Shown one piece after another: positions 60,415 through 64,000 of a stretch of 64,000 nt of DNA. How positions within the stretch are numbered: position 1 is the first letter of the stretch; each line of letters starts with the position of its first letter. The notes beneath the pieces were generated by a model. The model worked only from the letters and a program-made list of their open reading frames with translations, did not search any database and had not been told where the DNA came from. Made by a program: the position numbers and the translations under genes. Source of the DNA: Dudresnaya verticillata (taxonomy: Eukaryota); assembly GCA_977862235.1 (NCBI GenBank), contig OZ374557.1, positions 682,001 through 746,000 of the forward strand, written 5' to 3'.

Positions 60415-63106
60415 GTGGCAAGGGAGAAGAGCAAACGCTCCCAATCTCCCTTTCAACCGACACGGCGTGACCGCGCGACTGCGACGACAAAGGCGCCGGG
60501 CATGCCTGTCTTTACGGATGCTTCGACTCAAGCGCAGACTTCTTCCTCTGCGGCTGCGGCTCGACCCACAACACGTCAGCGTGTGGACGTCGCTGTGACG
60601 GAACCTTCGCAGGTACCATCAGTGGGCCGTGCCTGGTCGGTCTACGATCCGAATCGGTTTGCTTCTCGTGCTGTTACAAGCACCGCGCTGCCAAGGAATT
60701 CAACGGCCCCCCGGTAACGGAGAAGCGTTAACTAAGGACGGTGATGATGAGGTCCGACGCGGTGGCGAGGAGCTCAGCTTGGCAGACCTGCCATCCATTC
60801 CGTTACGGACGCCCTCGACTCCGATCTCAACGCCGGCGTGGAGTATGGGGGCTAGCCTGCATCTGTCTGTCAGAACTCCGAAACGGTCGCGCGTGCCAGC
60901 GCGAAGCGCCACGCCTGCCCCAGGCCCTTGGATGCCGATGTCTCTAACCAGTAGCGTTGAGGGCCGTGCCCCAACTAGATACTGGCCAGGGCACCATTTC
61001 GATCGCCGTGCAGGGCGCCCGGCGAGATCAGATTCGGAACGGGCGAAGATGACACCGCAGATTACAGTGTCTTACATCATCGAGGGTTACCCAACCGTTT
61101 TGGAAGTCTGACGATATCAAACCGTTTTGGAGTAGCCATTCAAGGAAAACCAGCGTATTGGCTTTGTTCCGAATCTGCGGGCGTTTGTGTGGCAAAGCCG
61201 GTGGGGGCATAGCTACTTTCAAGAGCGCACCACGACAGTTTCGGATTTGTTGTGGTACCGGTGCCATGGAGAAGTTGAGTATACCGCGAAGGTGAGTCGC
61301 TTGTTGGCCAAAGCTTTCCGTCTACGGGATGCGCCGATCGTGGTGCAGTTCATCCGGTTCGACCCGCCGTAAGACCAATCGGTGTAATGGTTCGGCTATG
61401 CCGATGGGTGGAAGGACGACGCTGCAACAGAACATCGACCGCGGACGCGCTCCCATGAAGGGATGCAGGTGGGCTTACCCATCCTACACACGTGGAACAC
61501 CAAGGAGTTCTTCCATCTTCCGTATCGGATGCGACGTACGCTCTACCTCACAGCTCCGTCATGATGGGATAGCTATGAGGTAACCCGTTGGCTATCCGTC
61601 CCCACACCTTCCGTTCAGGCTTACTTCTCGGCGAGCCTGCTCAACGAACGGGAGTGGAATCGCGAGCATCCGAATGGAGAACGTCCCCCGAATCAAGCTC
61701 AGCTCGACGTACTGTGGCGTATCTTCCGACCGAAATGGGCAATACTGGTGCTATTCTCATGGCTCCAGGTTGCCTATTACGGAGTACGGCACAATACCAA
61801 GTTATCGGAGTGGCGATGCTTCCCGCATGATGAAGATGATCTACTCGGCGCAAACTGTGTAAGCATATTTCAGCTAGCCGTCACGGTGATCGACCTCATT
61901 CGCCAAGTTGGCATAGCTGAGTTGGTGACGGGGTCGGCGTACCCCCTAGATAGGGTGGAGCGCCTTTTATCCGTACACGGAGAGCAGGATTGGAAGCACA
62001 CCCCGGGCTTCTTGGGGTATAATTGGGATGAGGACCGTATCCTATCGGTACCCCCACTTAGGCCCGGGGTGCGCGAGCCGTATTTCCTTCATCGGGAAGA
62101 CCCTCGTCCGGAATGGTTGGTAGGAGAGGTGCAAGCCTATCGGGGTTATGCGCCTCGTAAAGCACCAGGGGATGCATACCGTGACGGTTTGGAGGCGGCC
62201 GAAGATTGGGGGCGTTGTCAAGAGACGGTGGGGTGTTCGCGTGCAATCGACCCGCGCGACTCCGTCACGCTGAGGCAGCAAGAAGCTGTCCCCTTCTTGG
62301 ACGAACAGGAGGAGATCATGCCCGTCGCAACGATGGCAGCGGAGATCGAGAAGGTGGTCACTCCAGTCCGTCCGGGCGGCGCCGTGCCCATGCCACGCGA
62401 TGTTGGTCGCAAGACTACTATTCCTGTAACGGACAAGGCTCTGACGCCCATGGAAGTAGTTCCTTCTATTGTTTCGCTGCCCAAGGCCACGTCGCCATCT
62501 AAGCAGCTGGCTCCGAAAGAGCAGATCGTTTCGGAAGCGGCACCAAGTGCTGGGCCGGCGGCATTGTCTCCTGCGACGCAAATTCAGTCCAACGTGGAGC
62601 CGCCCCCCGCAAGTTCTTCATTGCCGGCACTCGCACCAGTGGTGTGTGAGGCACCGGTCACCGTAGCGGAGGTGGCTCCCAAGCGCCCAAGTGCCGACCT
62701 CGTTGGCGACAAACCTTCGGCGCCTTCAGCGATTCTCGAACCGTTACAGAAGAGCGCTGTCGCTTCGGCAGAGAAGGATACGGAGCTACCTCCTTGGAGG
62801 GAAGTAGCCTCACCCGAGTTGGAATTATCCGTGCTGGTGATTTCCTTAACGGAGCGTTCCGTCGAGGCCGGAGTTGTCGGTAGGCCGTCGTTATCCCCAA
62901 AGGTGGAGGTGCAAGAAGATGAGGATCCAGCCGTCACGGTTCCGGTTCACTTAGCCGCTACGGAGAGCGGGTTGCAGGTGCTTAGGGGCATTTGCCGTAC
63001 GCAGCGATTTCCGGTGCCGGATTCCGTTCAGGATGCATTAACCTTAACGGAGTGGCTGGTGGAGCAAGTAATTCGCCTCCGCACAGTGGTTCGGCGCCAG
63101 CGCTAG
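60415..63106 (+). pseudogene. Antisense accessory ORF of element E (unknown family, copy 4)
   Basis: 60629-61111, 61187-61372 and 61748-63106 share a frame. Motifs DLLWYRCHGEVEY and VLWRIFRPKWAILVL; P/A/S/E-rich tail. Confidence 0.72.
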
Positions 63107-63574
63107 CGTATGGATTGTGCGATGTGCACCCTAGCTGGCAACACGCAGTGTCCATTCCAATCGGACCCGGAGGAGGGAACCTTTATGCGAACTGGACAGG
63201 GGGTAACGGAGAGGATACAATCACCCCACTCCGAAACGGCGTCGTCGCAACTATTAAAGTTGCGATCCCCTTAACGGATATGAACATGCCCTTACCTTAA
63301 TTCTGTTTTTGTAATCGTTGGCTTTTCTTTACTTTGTTTCTGACGTCGGAATAGCTCTTGTGCTGAGTTTCACCCTCCATGCGAACGTGGAATTGAATGT
63401 AACTACTGACAATATTCAGTGACAATTGACACTGCATGCCTGCATGCTTCTCTATCTTGACCACCCATTTATAATCTCCGGCCAAGGCTGGGCCAGATTG
63501 ACTTCGCTCGACGTTCTGTGCACCTGCCCAAGTTGAGCGACACTCGAAGGTTTTTTCTTTTTGGAGCTTTTGCT

Positions 63575-64000
63575 TCAAATCGATTTATTTCGCGTCCCGC
63601 CAACCCAACCTTCCGGTTTGACTTCTAGCCGGTTGGTAGTCAGTAACTTCCAGAGAGGGTGCGAGTCTCCTACAATTCCTGTCGTTAAACCATCAGCAAC
63701 ATTTTGAGTACCGGGTATCCAGGCTAAGTAGCGAAGTTCCTTGCGTGCATGGCTTTCCCGAATTGCAAAAATACCACTCTGAAGGCGTTTCTCCAATGTC
63801 GAACTGTCCTTGGCAACTATATTAAACAATGTCTTGGAGTCCACATAAGCATCAATGTCTAGCGCTTTCCCAAGAATTTCCTTCATCATCTCTCTCACTA
63901 TGTATGCATTATCAAAACCATACATCAAAGCGTGAAATTCGGGTGCCATAATGGAACGAGTAACTCGTTTGCATCGGGAACTGCCGTAATGAATAATGTT
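63575..64000 (-). pseudogene. Copia RNase H C-terminus (element continues beyond the window)
   Basis: YVDSKTLFN, LEKRL and WIPGTQNVADGLT. Confidence 0.88.

Overview
Eukaryotic, transposon-dominated window. It is probably from a multicellular red alga, inferred from the intronless RPL3, short GTAAGT/GTATGT...ACTAAC...AG introns and the TE landscape; this cannot be proven from the sequence. A small host island (14.8-21.1 kb) holds a 3-exon C2H2 zinc-finger gene, RPL3 and a disrupted AhpD/CMD-like gene. Nested elements fill the rest. (i) A Mutator-like element (21293-52900) has ~160-bp TIRs and a perfect 9-bp TSD, and carries a Ulp1/C48 SUMO-protease gene, FAR1-like domains, a DDE transposase, a SWIM remnant and a convergent RGG/prion-like second gene. 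(ii) Two full-length chromodomain Gypsy elements are inserted in that Ulp1 gene (B: 22228-35102, TSD ACGTT; C: 35691-45622, TSD AAGCT). (iii) There are several truncated Gypsy elements, a solo LTR and three Copia fragments. The most novel signal is a family of four diverged but alignable ~650-900 aa antisense accessory ORFs of no family I recognise. Each lies in the 3' internal region of a Gypsy element, opposite to pol; three start just inside a PPT/3' LTR boundary, and the fourth sits downstream of integrase in an element that has lost its LTR.
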